From: Candidatus Saccharimonadota bacterium
Lineage (GTDB): Bacteria; Bacteroidota; Bacteroidia; Cytophagales; Amoebophilaceae
Assembly: GCF_003351905.1 (NCBI RefSeq)
Contig: NZ_CP022339.1
Span: 240,001-272,000 of the forward strand
Length of the DNA stretch: 32,000 nucleotides
Direction of reading: 5' to 3'
The position numbers and the translations under genes are program-made. Positions within the stretch are counted from its first letter, which is position 1, and every line of letters starts with the position of its first letter. The notes beneath the pieces are model-generated. The model saw only the letters and a list, made by a program, of their open reading frames with translations. It did no database searches and was not told where the DNA came from. Of the stretch, positions 8,584 through 16,846 are shown piece by piece.

Positions 8584-10985
8584 AAAACTATATACCCATT
8601 GTTGAGTTTCAAGATGGGTGCATCATTTTGGAAGATGGAGCAGTGGCCATAGGCTATCAATTGAATCTATTTCCGGATGAAGGGGTAGGAGAGGAGGTTT
8701 ATAAAAATTGTATAGATAGCCTAGCACAAACCATTCGAAGATTTCCTATTGGAACCGTTATACAACAATTAGATAGCTATTCCAATAAAACATTTCATAC
8801 AAAGATCCAAAATGGCTACAACTTTTTTCATCAAAAGCAACTAGAACATTGTAATGGACATATTTTCTTAACCCATGTAACCTATCTATTCGTCATATGT
8901 AGGCCTACTACCCATAGCATAGAGCCGCATACCACTACTTTTTCTTGTGGAAAGGGTTACTTTAAACACCCACTGTCAGAACTAAAAAAAACAATAGATC
9001 AAGTAAAAAAATGCAGCCTAGAGTTAGAATCGGCCTTTCCAGATGGTTGCCAGTATAGACAGTTGACTGCGTCAAACAATCTTAGCTTGCTCTATGCCTA
9101 TTTAAACTTAGACTTTAGTGGCACCATAGATGGTTTAGAGCATGGCCTGACCAATCAAAAAGGATTTTTTAAAATTGGCAATAAGCAAGTAGCGATTGTA
9201 TCAATGCAAAGCCAATCGAATAAACCTGACTACACCAGTAAAAATGGGTTAGGCAATGGGGGAGGGGTAACCGTACCTTTTACTTGGGGGTTAAGCCACT
9301 ATATGAACTGCCCCCATATTGTTGTACAAGCGATTGCCATTCAAAATACAGAAGACTTTTTACAAAGCCGTTCCAAAGCATTAGAATGGAGCCAAGCGAC
9401 TAAGCGCAACAACCGAGAGATTCGTAATGTAAACCAAGATATGGAAGAACTGATTGCCTTTGAAGCAGCCATTAGAGCGCAAGAAGAAATCATCGTAACC
9501 CTTAACTATCTGGTTATCCTTTATGAAGTAGATCCCAAACAGCTCGCTGACAACATCGAAAAGGTTAAAAAAGTATTTAAAAAGCTAGATATGGCCCCTT
9601 TTGTAGAGGACTATGATACGACTAATCTATATTTTTCAGCGATACCTGGTAATGGCCATCAGCTTTATAGAGGGCAACCGATGGCACTTAAAACTGCACT
9701 AAGTTATTTCAATAAGATTACCCCTAGAAAGGGTGCGGATAATGGTATACTACTAGCCAGTAGACAACAAACGCCCATCTATTATGATCCATTTAATCTC
9801 AACTTAGACAACCAAAACGCTTTTGTCTTTGGCCCTTCTGGGTCTGGTAAATCTTTTTTTAATGGCAAAATGATCAAAGATCGATTTCAATCAGGTCATA
9901 TAGTCATTGTGATAGATAGTGGAGGTACCTACAGAAGGCTTTTTCAAATATTAGGCGGGAAGTATATAGAATACAATGCAGCAACACCGCTCCATTTAAA
10001 TCCATTTCTGATCAAACCTGAATCAAATGGCCTATTTAAACCAGATATCAACAAGATAACTTTTCTGGTACAACTGATTGGAAAAATCTGGAAGGGAGAT
10101 TTAAATACAAACCCTATGAGTGAAGTAGACAAAGCGCTACTAGCTGGATGGATTCCCGAATATTATGCCACTTTGCATAAGGAATCTGTACCGAGTCTAA
10201 CTGGGTTTTATGATTATCTCAAAAAACTAGTAGATCAGAAAGACCAACAGGTTAAAAAATTAACCGATGAGGGATTGTTTCTATTTCATGAGTTTTTCAT
10301 TGTACTGCATCCTTTTGCACATGGGATCTATAAAAAGCATTTTAATTCCTACGAGCAGGTCTATTTAGAAGATCACAAACTGATTTGTTTTGAGCTAGAA
10401 GCGATCAAAAATAATCCTAAACTCTATCCTCTAGTCGTACAAGTGCTATTTGAGTTTGCCTTTGAAATCGTCGCCCAATATCCTGACGTGACTAAATTTA
10501 TTGATATTGAAGAAGGATGGACCATGTTGGATGATTATGCCGAAGAAAACATTGAAGCCTTTTTTAGAAAAGGCAGAAAAACCAAAACTTCCATTCGGAT
10601 CATTACCCAAAACATAGATGAAATTAAAGCCTCTAAAATAGCTGGTGCCATGAAAAACAATGCCTCCACTTTTATATTGCTTTACAATGAAAAAAAATCC
10701 AGCAGGGAAGATATTGGGGACTTTATCGGAATGACCCCCTTTGAAATGGAAAAATATGAAAGCTTAAGACGAAAAAATGGTTCAGATGGTTATAGAGAGG
10801 TCTTTATAAAAGAAATGGGAGATTCTAATATATGGCTGCTCCAAACATCTCTTTGGGAACATGCATTACTCACCTCTAGGCCAGATGAAAGAAACGCTAT
10901 TACCAGACTCATTCAAGAGAAAGGAGATGCCCAATTGGGTATTGCCGAATGGGTAGATGGGCAACGAAAACTACAAGCTAAGTAG
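8562..10985 (+). CDS. traG: Conjugative transfer ATPase, VirB4 family (TraG in Bacteroides CTn nomenclature)
   Basis: 807 aa with Walker A FGPSGSGKSFF and Walker-B-like region KFIDIEEGW. Size and position after two small membrane genes fit. The annotated start is a GTG overlapping the upstream gene, so the start is uncertain. Confidence 0.9.
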   Translation: MLQEKYIENYIPIVEFQDGCIILEDGAVAIGYQLNLFPDEGVGEEVYKNCIDSLAQTIRRFPIGTVIQQLDSYSNKTFHTKIQNGYNFFHQKQLEHCNGHIFLTHVTYLFVICRPTTHSIEPHTTTFSCGKGYFKHPLSELKKTIDQVKKCSLELESAFPDGCQYRQLTASNNLSLLYAYLNLDFSGTIDGLEHGLTNQKGFFKIGNKQVAIVSMQSQSNKPDYTSKNGLGNGGGVTVPFTWGLSHYMNCPHIVVQAIAIQNTEDFLQSRSKALEWSQATKRNNREIRNVNQDMEELIAFEAAIRAQEEIIVTLNYLVILYEVDPKQLADNIEKVKKVFKKLDMAPFVEDYDTTNLYFSAIPGNGHQLYRGQPMALKTALSYFNKITPRKGADNGILLASRQQTPIYYDPFNLNLDNQNAFVFGPSGSGKSFFNGKMIKDRFQSGHIVIVIDSGGTYRRLFQILGGKYIEYNAATPLHLNPFLIKPESNGLFKPDINKITFLVQLIGKIWKGDLNTNPMSEVDKALLAGWIPEYYATLHKESVPSLTGFYDYLKKLVDQKDQQVKKLTDEGLFLFHEFFIVLHPFAHGIYKKHFNSYEQVYLEDHKLICFELEAIKNNPKLYPLVVQVLFEFAFEIVAQYPDVTKFIDIEEGWTMLDDYAEENIEAFFRKGRKTKTSIRIITQNIDEIKASKIAGAMKNNASTFILLYNEKKSSREDIGDFIGMTPFEMEKYESLRRKNGSDGYREVFIKEMGDSNIWLLQTSLWEHALLTSRPDERNAITRLIQEKGDAQLGIAEWVDGQRKLQAK

Positions 10986-10987
10986 CG

Positions 10988-11827
10988 ATGGAATATCTAT
11001 CTGTGCACTATGTTTCCAGTGAGGTTTGGAGTGTTATGCGGCAAGTTACCAAGACCACAACAGAAATTGCGTTGTTCTTACTGCCTACCTTTGTAAGCAT
11101 TGATTTTTGCGTGCGATACATCAAAGAGGGATTAAATGAAATCAGTAGTAAAGCGGCCATTATAGAAAATATTGCTAAAGGGATGGTATTGACGCTATTG
11201 CTCTGCCACTTCGAAGAGATCAATGAGTTATTAGATAGGATAACTAGCGCACTAATTGATCAATTGGGCTTGAATCAGGCCATGAAAACATATCTAGAAG
11301 CACAAAAAGAAAACCTAGAGAACAATCAAGCAGATGGGTTTTGGGGATCAGGTAACTATATCATTCAATCGATACTCAATAAAATCAAGAATGTTGTATT
11401 GGGATTTTTACAAATGTTTTCCAGAGGGGTAATGCACGCCATAAGGGGTTATTTACTCGTTTTTTCTACCCAAATAGGGCCACTAGCCATTGCCATGAGT
11501 GCCCTGCCAGGTAGGTATCAAAAAATAGCCGCTAATTGGTTTAGCTTGCATCTCTCTTTTTTTATGTGGGGGGTCACGATGGCACTAATAGACCTAAGCA
11601 TTATTCAGTTAAATATCAAAACGGTAGCGGGGTGCGATATGTTAAACTTAATAGGGGCGGTAGCATTAGTAGCCATGTATTTAATTGTGGGTACCATTAC
11701 AGGATTGTATATAGGAGAGATGATGGGTGGCACGATTTTTACCACTGTAACCAGTTTTGCCATACATCAAATCGTAGCAACTGGTAAACAAATCTATAAA
11801 CTTAAAAAAAAGAGATTAAATGGTTAA
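10988..11827 (+). CDS. traJ: Polytopic membrane protein, TraJ-like (VirB6-like)
   Basis: 279 aa with multiple TM segments. It starts 2 nt after the traG stop and overlaps the next gene by 8 nt. Its position matches traJ of Bacteroidota conjugative transposons. Confidence 0.65.
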   Translation: MEYLSVHYVSSEVWSVMRQVTKTTTEIALFLLPTFVSIDFCVRYIKEGLNEISSKAAIIENIAKGMVLTLLLCHFEEINELLDRITSALIDQLGLNQAMKTYLEAQKENLENNQADGFWGSGNYIIQSILNKIKNVVLGFLQMFSRGVMHAIRGYLLVFSTQIGPLAIAMSALPGRYQKIAANWFSLHLSFFMWGVTMALIDLSIIQLNIKTVAGCDMLNLIGAVALVAMYLIVGTITGLYIGEMMGGTIFTTVTSFAIHQIVATGKQIYKLKKKRLNG

Positions 11828-12479
11828 CGTAGATGCATTCAATAGTTATAAGCTCAGTAGGCTGATACAGCGTATACAATATTTATGCATAGGGGTTGTT
11901 GTTATTTTAACGGGCTTAACTTGTTTCTTTGCTGCCAAATGGATAAGTGCTATAAACAGTGACTTAACCTACTTTGTAACGCCAGAAGGTAGCTATTGTA
12001 GCCAAAAAAGAAAACAATTGATTCGAAGGGAACCCTTTGAAATAGAAAATTTTACGATTCAGTTTCTTAAAAATGCTTTTGAGCATAATGAATATACCTA
12101 TCAAGCTAACTTACTAGCCTGTCTACAGGTTATGGATAAAAAAAGTGGTCTGTTTCTAAAAAGCAAATACAATGAAGAGGAGGTCTTTCAGGTATATAAA
12201 AGCTATAACGGTATATCCACTTTGTCCGTTGAACAGATAGAAACCAACCTGATGGATTATCCATACGAAGTAGTAGCCTTTTACACGACTACTTTGCAGT
12301 TCTTGGGATTAGAAGGCAAAAAGCTTAGCGGATTAGATCATAAAAAATTACCCGGAGGGGTCTATTTTAAATTGAAAACAATCCACAGAAGTAAAGAAAA
12401 TCCATATGGATTGCTCATTACTGAATTTACTTTCGTTGACCCTAAAAATAAGCGTGAATATGTGCAAAATAATACGTAA
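11820..12479 (+). CDS. traK: TraK-like (VirB8-like) bitopic protein
   Basis: 219 aa with a single N-terminal TM (IGVVVILTGLTCFFAAKWI) followed by a globular domain. Position and size match traK. Confidence 0.6.
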   Translation: MVNVDAFNSYKLSRLIQRIQYLCIGVVVILTGLTCFFAAKWISAINSDLTYFVTPEGSYCSQKRKQLIRREPFEIENFTIQFLKNAFEHNEYTYQANLLACLQVMDKKSGLFLKSKYNEEEVFQVYKSYNGISTLSVEQIETNLMDYPYEVVAFYTTTLQFLGLEGKKLSGLDHKKLPGGVYFKLKTIHRSKENPYGLLITEFTFVDPKNKREYVQNNT

Positions 12480-13245
12480 CCTACTAATAGGTTGTCTTTT
12501 TTGTTTGAACGCTCAAGCAAAAATAACCAGTTATACTCCTTTAGAGGAGATACAAGTTGCGCATCGATTTTCCTCGATGCTATTGTTTGATGAGGCTATT
12601 AAAGAGGTCATTATGCCTAATAAAGATTATATCGCTAATGTCAACCAAAACATGGTCTTGTTGCGGGCTACCAAACCAGGTACGGCTGCTACTTCTATAG
12701 TGGTCACCTTTAAAAAGGGGAATAAGGTCTTTAATGGCCTATTGCGATCTACCCATAAACCGCAAGAAGTCTATGATTTTACAAGTAAAGAGGAAGAAGA
12801 GGCTAGCCCCCATCCTACATTAGACCATCAGGTATTACAAAAAATAAAACAGATTCAATCAATGGATCAAACCTATTTTAATATAGGCAAGCATACCAGG
12901 TATTATGACCTTATCCTTACCAATTTATTTCATGATGAGGAACATACCTACCTAAAAGTATATTTAGAGAACAAAACAGGTTTAACCTTTGAACTCTTTG
13001 AAACCAATTTCCAGCACTACAATAGTAAAAAAAGTAGAAAACTTGTTTTTCCTATATATGGCTTAGAAGATCGAGTCATACCGGCTTATAGCAGTAAAAT
13101 GTTTGTCTATGTTTTACCACGCTATACTACATCTACTAATGGTAACCTATTAGTCCACTTTGTGGAACAGTCTGGTAGTCGTTTGGTGAACTTATCTATA
13201 CCTGCGCGTCTACTTTTAGAAGCACCCTACTATGGTAAAGGGTAA
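12460..13245 (+). CDS. traN: TraN-like (DUF4138/VirB9-like) periplasmic protein
   Basis: The likely start is the internal ATG at 12460 (MCKIIRNLLIGCLFCLNAQA signal peptide). Beta-rich segments resemble TraN (MVLLRATKPGTAATSIVVTFKKGNKVFNGLL; HTYLKVYLENKTGLTFEL). It precedes traM, whereas the Bacteroides order is M then N. Confidence 0.55.
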   Translation: MCKIIRNLLIGCLFCLNAQAKITSYTPLEEIQVAHRFSSMLLFDEAIKEVIMPNKDYIANVNQNMVLLRATKPGTAATSIVVTFKKGNKVFNGLLRSTHKPQEVYDFTSKEEEEASPHPTLDHQVLQKIKQIQSMDQTYFNIGKHTRYYDLILTNLFHDEEHTYLKVYLENKTGLTFELFETNFQHYNSKKSRKLVFPIYGLEDRVIPAYSSKMFVYVLPRYTTSTNGNLLVHFVEQSGSRLVNLSIPARLLLEAPYYGKG

Positions 13246-14071
13246 ATATCTATTACTGGTTGTCATTGGTGCTATTGTAACCTTTGGAAAGATCTTTGTG
13301 GGCAAACGCAAAATAGAAAATTTTAACCCTGTAAATATGAGCGTGTCAGACTTTCAGGAAGTTAAAAAAAATGATACCAAAACATTACTGGATGCATATG
13401 ATGAAGAGCTATCTGGTAAAAAAGAATCGCTCCTAAAGAAAACTTCTAGAAAGGGGATCTCTTCACTAGCTGGCCTCTTTAACCTAAAACCTTTAGAAAA
13501 ACCTAAAAAACCTAAAAAAGAAAAAACTATGGTTGCGAAATTACCTAAAAAAACTAATATTAAAGCAGCACCAAGCCAGGGTTTTATTTCCTATCAAGAC
13601 AACCCAAAAGAAGAAATTTTGAATACCTTCTACCGTGCCCACTTAGAAGAAAATCAAAAAGTAACAGATGAAAGTGCTGTAATCCTTAAACTAGAAGAAA
13701 ACGGTATCATTGACGAAACGATGTTACCAGCGGGTACGGTTTTATACGGAAAAGCTAAATTTGCTAAAAATAGGATTTTAGTGGCCATTCATGTAGCCCA
13801 ATATCTAGATAGGACCTTCCCAGTCTCTTTAGTTTGTTACGATACTGATTTCCTACCTGGCCTCTTCTGCGAAGGTGTAAATCCTATTATTGAAACCAAC
13901 AGCCATAAAGTATTAGATATGATCATCGATCAAGCCGATTCGGGCTTAGCCAGTGAAGTCAGTAAAATGGCTACCCAATTCATTAAAGATGTAACCAAAA
14001 CCAAGTCCTTTAAACTGCATAAAGGTAGAGAGGTATATGTTTGTGCAGTAAAACAATTAAAAAATAAATGA
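13232..14071 (+). CDS. traM: TraM-like (VirB10-like) protein
   Basis: N-terminal TM, a K/P-rich linker (KPLEKPKKPKKEK) and a C-terminal block matching my recollection of the TraM C-terminal domain (VILKLEENGIIDETMLPAGTVLYGKAKFAKNRILVAIHV...PVSLVCYDTDFLPGL). Confidence 0.7.
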   Translation: MVKGKYLLLVVIGAIVTFGKIFVGKRKIENFNPVNMSVSDFQEVKKNDTKTLLDAYDEELSGKKESLLKKTSRKGISSLAGLFNLKPLEKPKKPKKEKTMVAKLPKKTNIKAAPSQGFISYQDNPKEEILNTFYRAHLEENQKVTDESAVILKLEENGIIDETMLPAGTVLYGKAKFAKNRILVAIHVAQYLDRTFPVSLVCYDTDFLPGLFCEGVNPIIETNSHKVLDMIIDQADSGLASEVSKMATQFIKDVTKTKSFKLHKGREVYVCAVKQLKNK

Positions 14072-15003
14072 AAAGATATTTATGGGTAGTGTTTCTATCA
14101 ACAGCTACTGTAGCTTATGCAGGAGATAAATGGGATAAAGCCAAAGAAACCCTTAAAGATGTGGTCAGCAGTACGTTAGATTATATACCATTTGGTAGTA
14201 CAGTCAAAAAACTATTTGGCAAGCAAGATAAACAAGTAGACCTTCTAAAAACGATTGCAAAAACAGAACAAAGCACCTTTGATAAAATCAGAGATACAGC
14301 CCGAACAGCTATGGAAACCAAAAGAGCCATAGAAAAGGCTGGTAAAGCGGTAAGAGATGCGGTTAACTTAGGTAAAAAACTCAAAAATATGAGCTTTAAA
14401 AAAATGATCTTAGGCCAAACAGAAGATCTATTGGGCATTAGTTTAAACCCTGCTCGGTATATACCGGAAACAAAATATACCCATAAACTTAAAAAGAACA
14501 TGAAATATAGCTGTGCAAGAGAAAAACAAACCATTCATTCAGTGAATAGATTTCTAAAGAATACAGGTAAATTAGTAGGCATCAAAGTAACAAATGGAAA
14601 ATATACCGATTTGAAAAAACTTAATGAAGAGATCGAAAAATCGATTCAATATGATCGTACGGTGGGGGAATATGCCCATACCAAACAGTTACTCCTAGCA
14701 GACGCTTACCAAAGGGAAGCCGATGAATTACTAGCCAATAATAAAGAAATTCAGTATTTATTAGATGATGATGCAGCGGGTCTTAAAGTCAATGAACGGC
14801 TAGCAGCTTATAATTTGCTGCAAAAAAATATCATTTCCTCAACAAAACTTAAAGAAAAAGCTGTAAAATTACGAGAGAAGGCTTCTACTTTAACTAAAAT
14901 TGACCAGCAAGTTATCGCAGCTGAGCAAGATCGGCTTGCTTGGAAAAGTATGGTAACATACGAAATTGATGAAAGAGAGAGAAAAAGAAATCAAAATAGA
15001 TAA
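14068..15003 (+). CDS. Exported coiled-coil protein, last gene of the tra operon; function unknown
   Basis: 311 aa with a signal peptide (MKRYLWVVFLSTATVAYAG) and a K/E-rich helical sequence. Its start overlaps the traM stop (ATGA). A paralogous 3' end is at 1..108. Confidence 0.6.
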   Translation: MKRYLWVVFLSTATVAYAGDKWDKAKETLKDVVSSTLDYIPFGSTVKKLFGKQDKQVDLLKTIAKTEQSTFDKIRDTARTAMETKRAIEKAGKAVRDAVNLGKKLKNMSFKKMILGQTEDLLGISLNPARYIPETKYTHKLKKNMKYSCAREKQTIHSVNRFLKNTGKLVGIKVTNGKYTDLKKLNEEIEKSIQYDRTVGEYAHTKQLLLADAYQREADELLANNKEIQYLLDDDAAGLKVNERLAAYNLLQKNIISSTKLKEKAVKLREKASTLTKIDQQVIAAEQDRLAWKSMVTYEIDERERKRNQNR

Positions 15004-15004
15004 A

Positions 15005-16642
15005 ATGATGCGTAAGATAGATGCACTCCCTATTGGCTATTCAGATGTTGAAAGGGTTATCCGAACAGGCTACTATGTAGATAAAACCCGATATGCACAA
15101 GAGCTAATAGAAAAAGAAAATCCTGTATTTATAGCTCGGCCTCGTAGATTTGGGAAATCGTTGTTTATTGATACACTCGCTAACATATGTAGCGGAGAGA
15201 ATGAAGTGTTTAAAGATTATCATATAGGTAGGCCAGAAAATGGATATGAGTGGAAGAAATATCCTATAATCAAAATAGATTTTTCAAGCATAAATCACAA
15301 TCCGAACTGTTTAGAAAACAGCTTAAAAGATGAGTTAACTAGAGTAGCTCGTTCATATGGTGTGGCTATTCAAACGCAAGATATACAAAGTGGACTAAAA
15401 GATTTAGTAGAAGTACTTTCAAAACTCAGTAATGGTTATGAATCCAGCATCGTGGTGCTTATAGATGAGTATGACGCTCCAATGGTCAATTTGAAGAAAG
15501 GATCCGATTTAGAAAAGGCCAATATCAAAGTCATGAAAGATTTTTTTATGACTTTAAAATCACTTAATAAACGTTTTAAGTTTACCTTTGTCACTGGCGT
15601 AAGCAAATTCAGTTTATCCGATGTATTTTCAGGAGCCAATCATTTAAAAGATATCACCATTGATGCATCTGCAGATGCGATGTTTGGTTATACCCAGCAA
15701 GAAGTTATAACGATATTCTCAACAAACTTAGAAGATATTGCTAAAAAATGGAGTACAAAAGAAAATAAAAAAATAACTCAATCAGAGGTAATGGGACAGA
15801 TTGCAACCTATTATAATGGATATAAGTTTTATGAAGATGGTTTAAGTGTATATAATCCCTGGTCTACGCTAAGATTTTTAGACACTGGTAAACTAGCAAA
15901 CTATTGGTATGAATCAGGAAGCCCAAGCCTACTGGTTAACCAGATGTTAGCAGATCCTGACAGGTTTGATATTCAGGTAGATAATCTTCAAATAGAAGCT
16001 ACCAGAGATGATCTCATGTATACAGAAAGTAGAAATGAGATTAGTTTAAAGTCTCTAATGTTTCAAACGGGGTATTTAACCATTCATAATTATGATGATT
16101 TTACTGGGCTATACATCCTAAAATTCCCTAACAAAGAAATAGAGGTCTCTTTTCAGAAAAGCATACAATCCAGTTTGGAAAAGAGTGTAAAAGATTATTT
16201 TTTACAAGAACGAGATAAAATTAGAAAGGCACTAGCTGACAAAAAAATTGAAACCTTTATAGAATACATTAATACAGCCTTTGCTACGCTTCCTTACTAT
16301 ATCGATAGTGGCCAGGAAAAACAATACCACAGCAATTTACATATGCTGCTGCAGGGCTTAGGATTTTTAGGTGGGAGAAAAATGCATATGCATAGTGAAT
16401 CAGTTTCTAGTCAAGGCAGATCAGATATCGTTTTAGAACTAGAAACAGCCATTTACATTATAGAAATCAAATATAAATCCAGTGGAAAAATGGCCTTACA
16501 ACAAATCAAATCAAACAGTTATTATAAACCTTATTTACTTAGACAAAAAGCCATTATACTACTAGGCATTAACTTCAATGAGGAAACCAGGATGATAGAT
16601 AACTGGGCATATGAAATCCATGAAGACCATATAAAACAATAA
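15005..16642 (+). CDS. AAA-ATPase-like plus PD-(D/E)XK nuclease-like protein, paralog 2
   Basis: Start chosen at ATGATG (15005) by alignment with paralog 1; the ORF track begins at 14966. Same ARPRRFGKSLF, LIDEYD and GRSDIVLE...IIEIKY motifs. Confidence 0.85.
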   Translation: MMRKIDALPIGYSDVERVIRTGYYVDKTRYAQELIEKENPVFIARPRRFGKSLFIDTLANICSGENEVFKDYHIGRPENGYEWKKYPIIKIDFSSINHNPNCLENSLKDELTRVARSYGVAIQTQDIQSGLKDLVEVLSKLSNGYESSIVVLIDEYDAPMVNLKKGSDLEKANIKVMKDFFMTLKSLNKRFKFTFVTGVSKFSLSDVFSGANHLKDITIDASADAMFGYTQQEVITIFSTNLEDIAKKWSTKENKKITQSEVMGQIATYYNGYKFYEDGLSVYNPWSTLRFLDTGKLANYWYESGSPSLLVNQMLADPDRFDIQVDNLQIEATRDDLMYTESRNEISLKSLMFQTGYLTIHNYDDFTGLYILKFPNKEIEVSFQKSIQSSLEKSVKDYFLQERDKIRKALADKKIETFIEYINTAFATLPYYIDSGQEKQYHSNLHMLLQGLGFLGGRKMHMHSESVSSQGRSDIVLELETAIYIIEIKYKSSGKMALQQIKSNSYYKPYLLRQKAIILLGINFNEETRMIDNWAYEIHEDHIKQ

Positions 16643-16741
16643 ATTTCTTATTGAATCTTATTCAAAGAACATAAGACTACTGCACAAAAAACAACTACTT
16701 TTTCCCATACAGTTTACATATAAATGTAGGCTACTTTTTCA

Positions 16742-16775
16742 AAAGTATAGCACACTATACTTTACTACGTAAAGT
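16742..16775. promoter_or_regulatory. Candidate MobV-type oriT (copy B), upstream of the intact relaxase
   Basis: Identical AAAGTATAG-CACA-CTATACTTT hairpin (16742..16763) and an overlapping ACTTTAC-TAC-GTAAAGT hairpin (16759..16775), ~85 bp upstream of 16847. Confidence 0.6.
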
Positions 16776-16846
16776 GTATCCACACGAACGCTCTATATCT
16801 TCAATTTCGTTAGTCTATAATCAAGCAAAAGGGAAAGAAATTTCCC

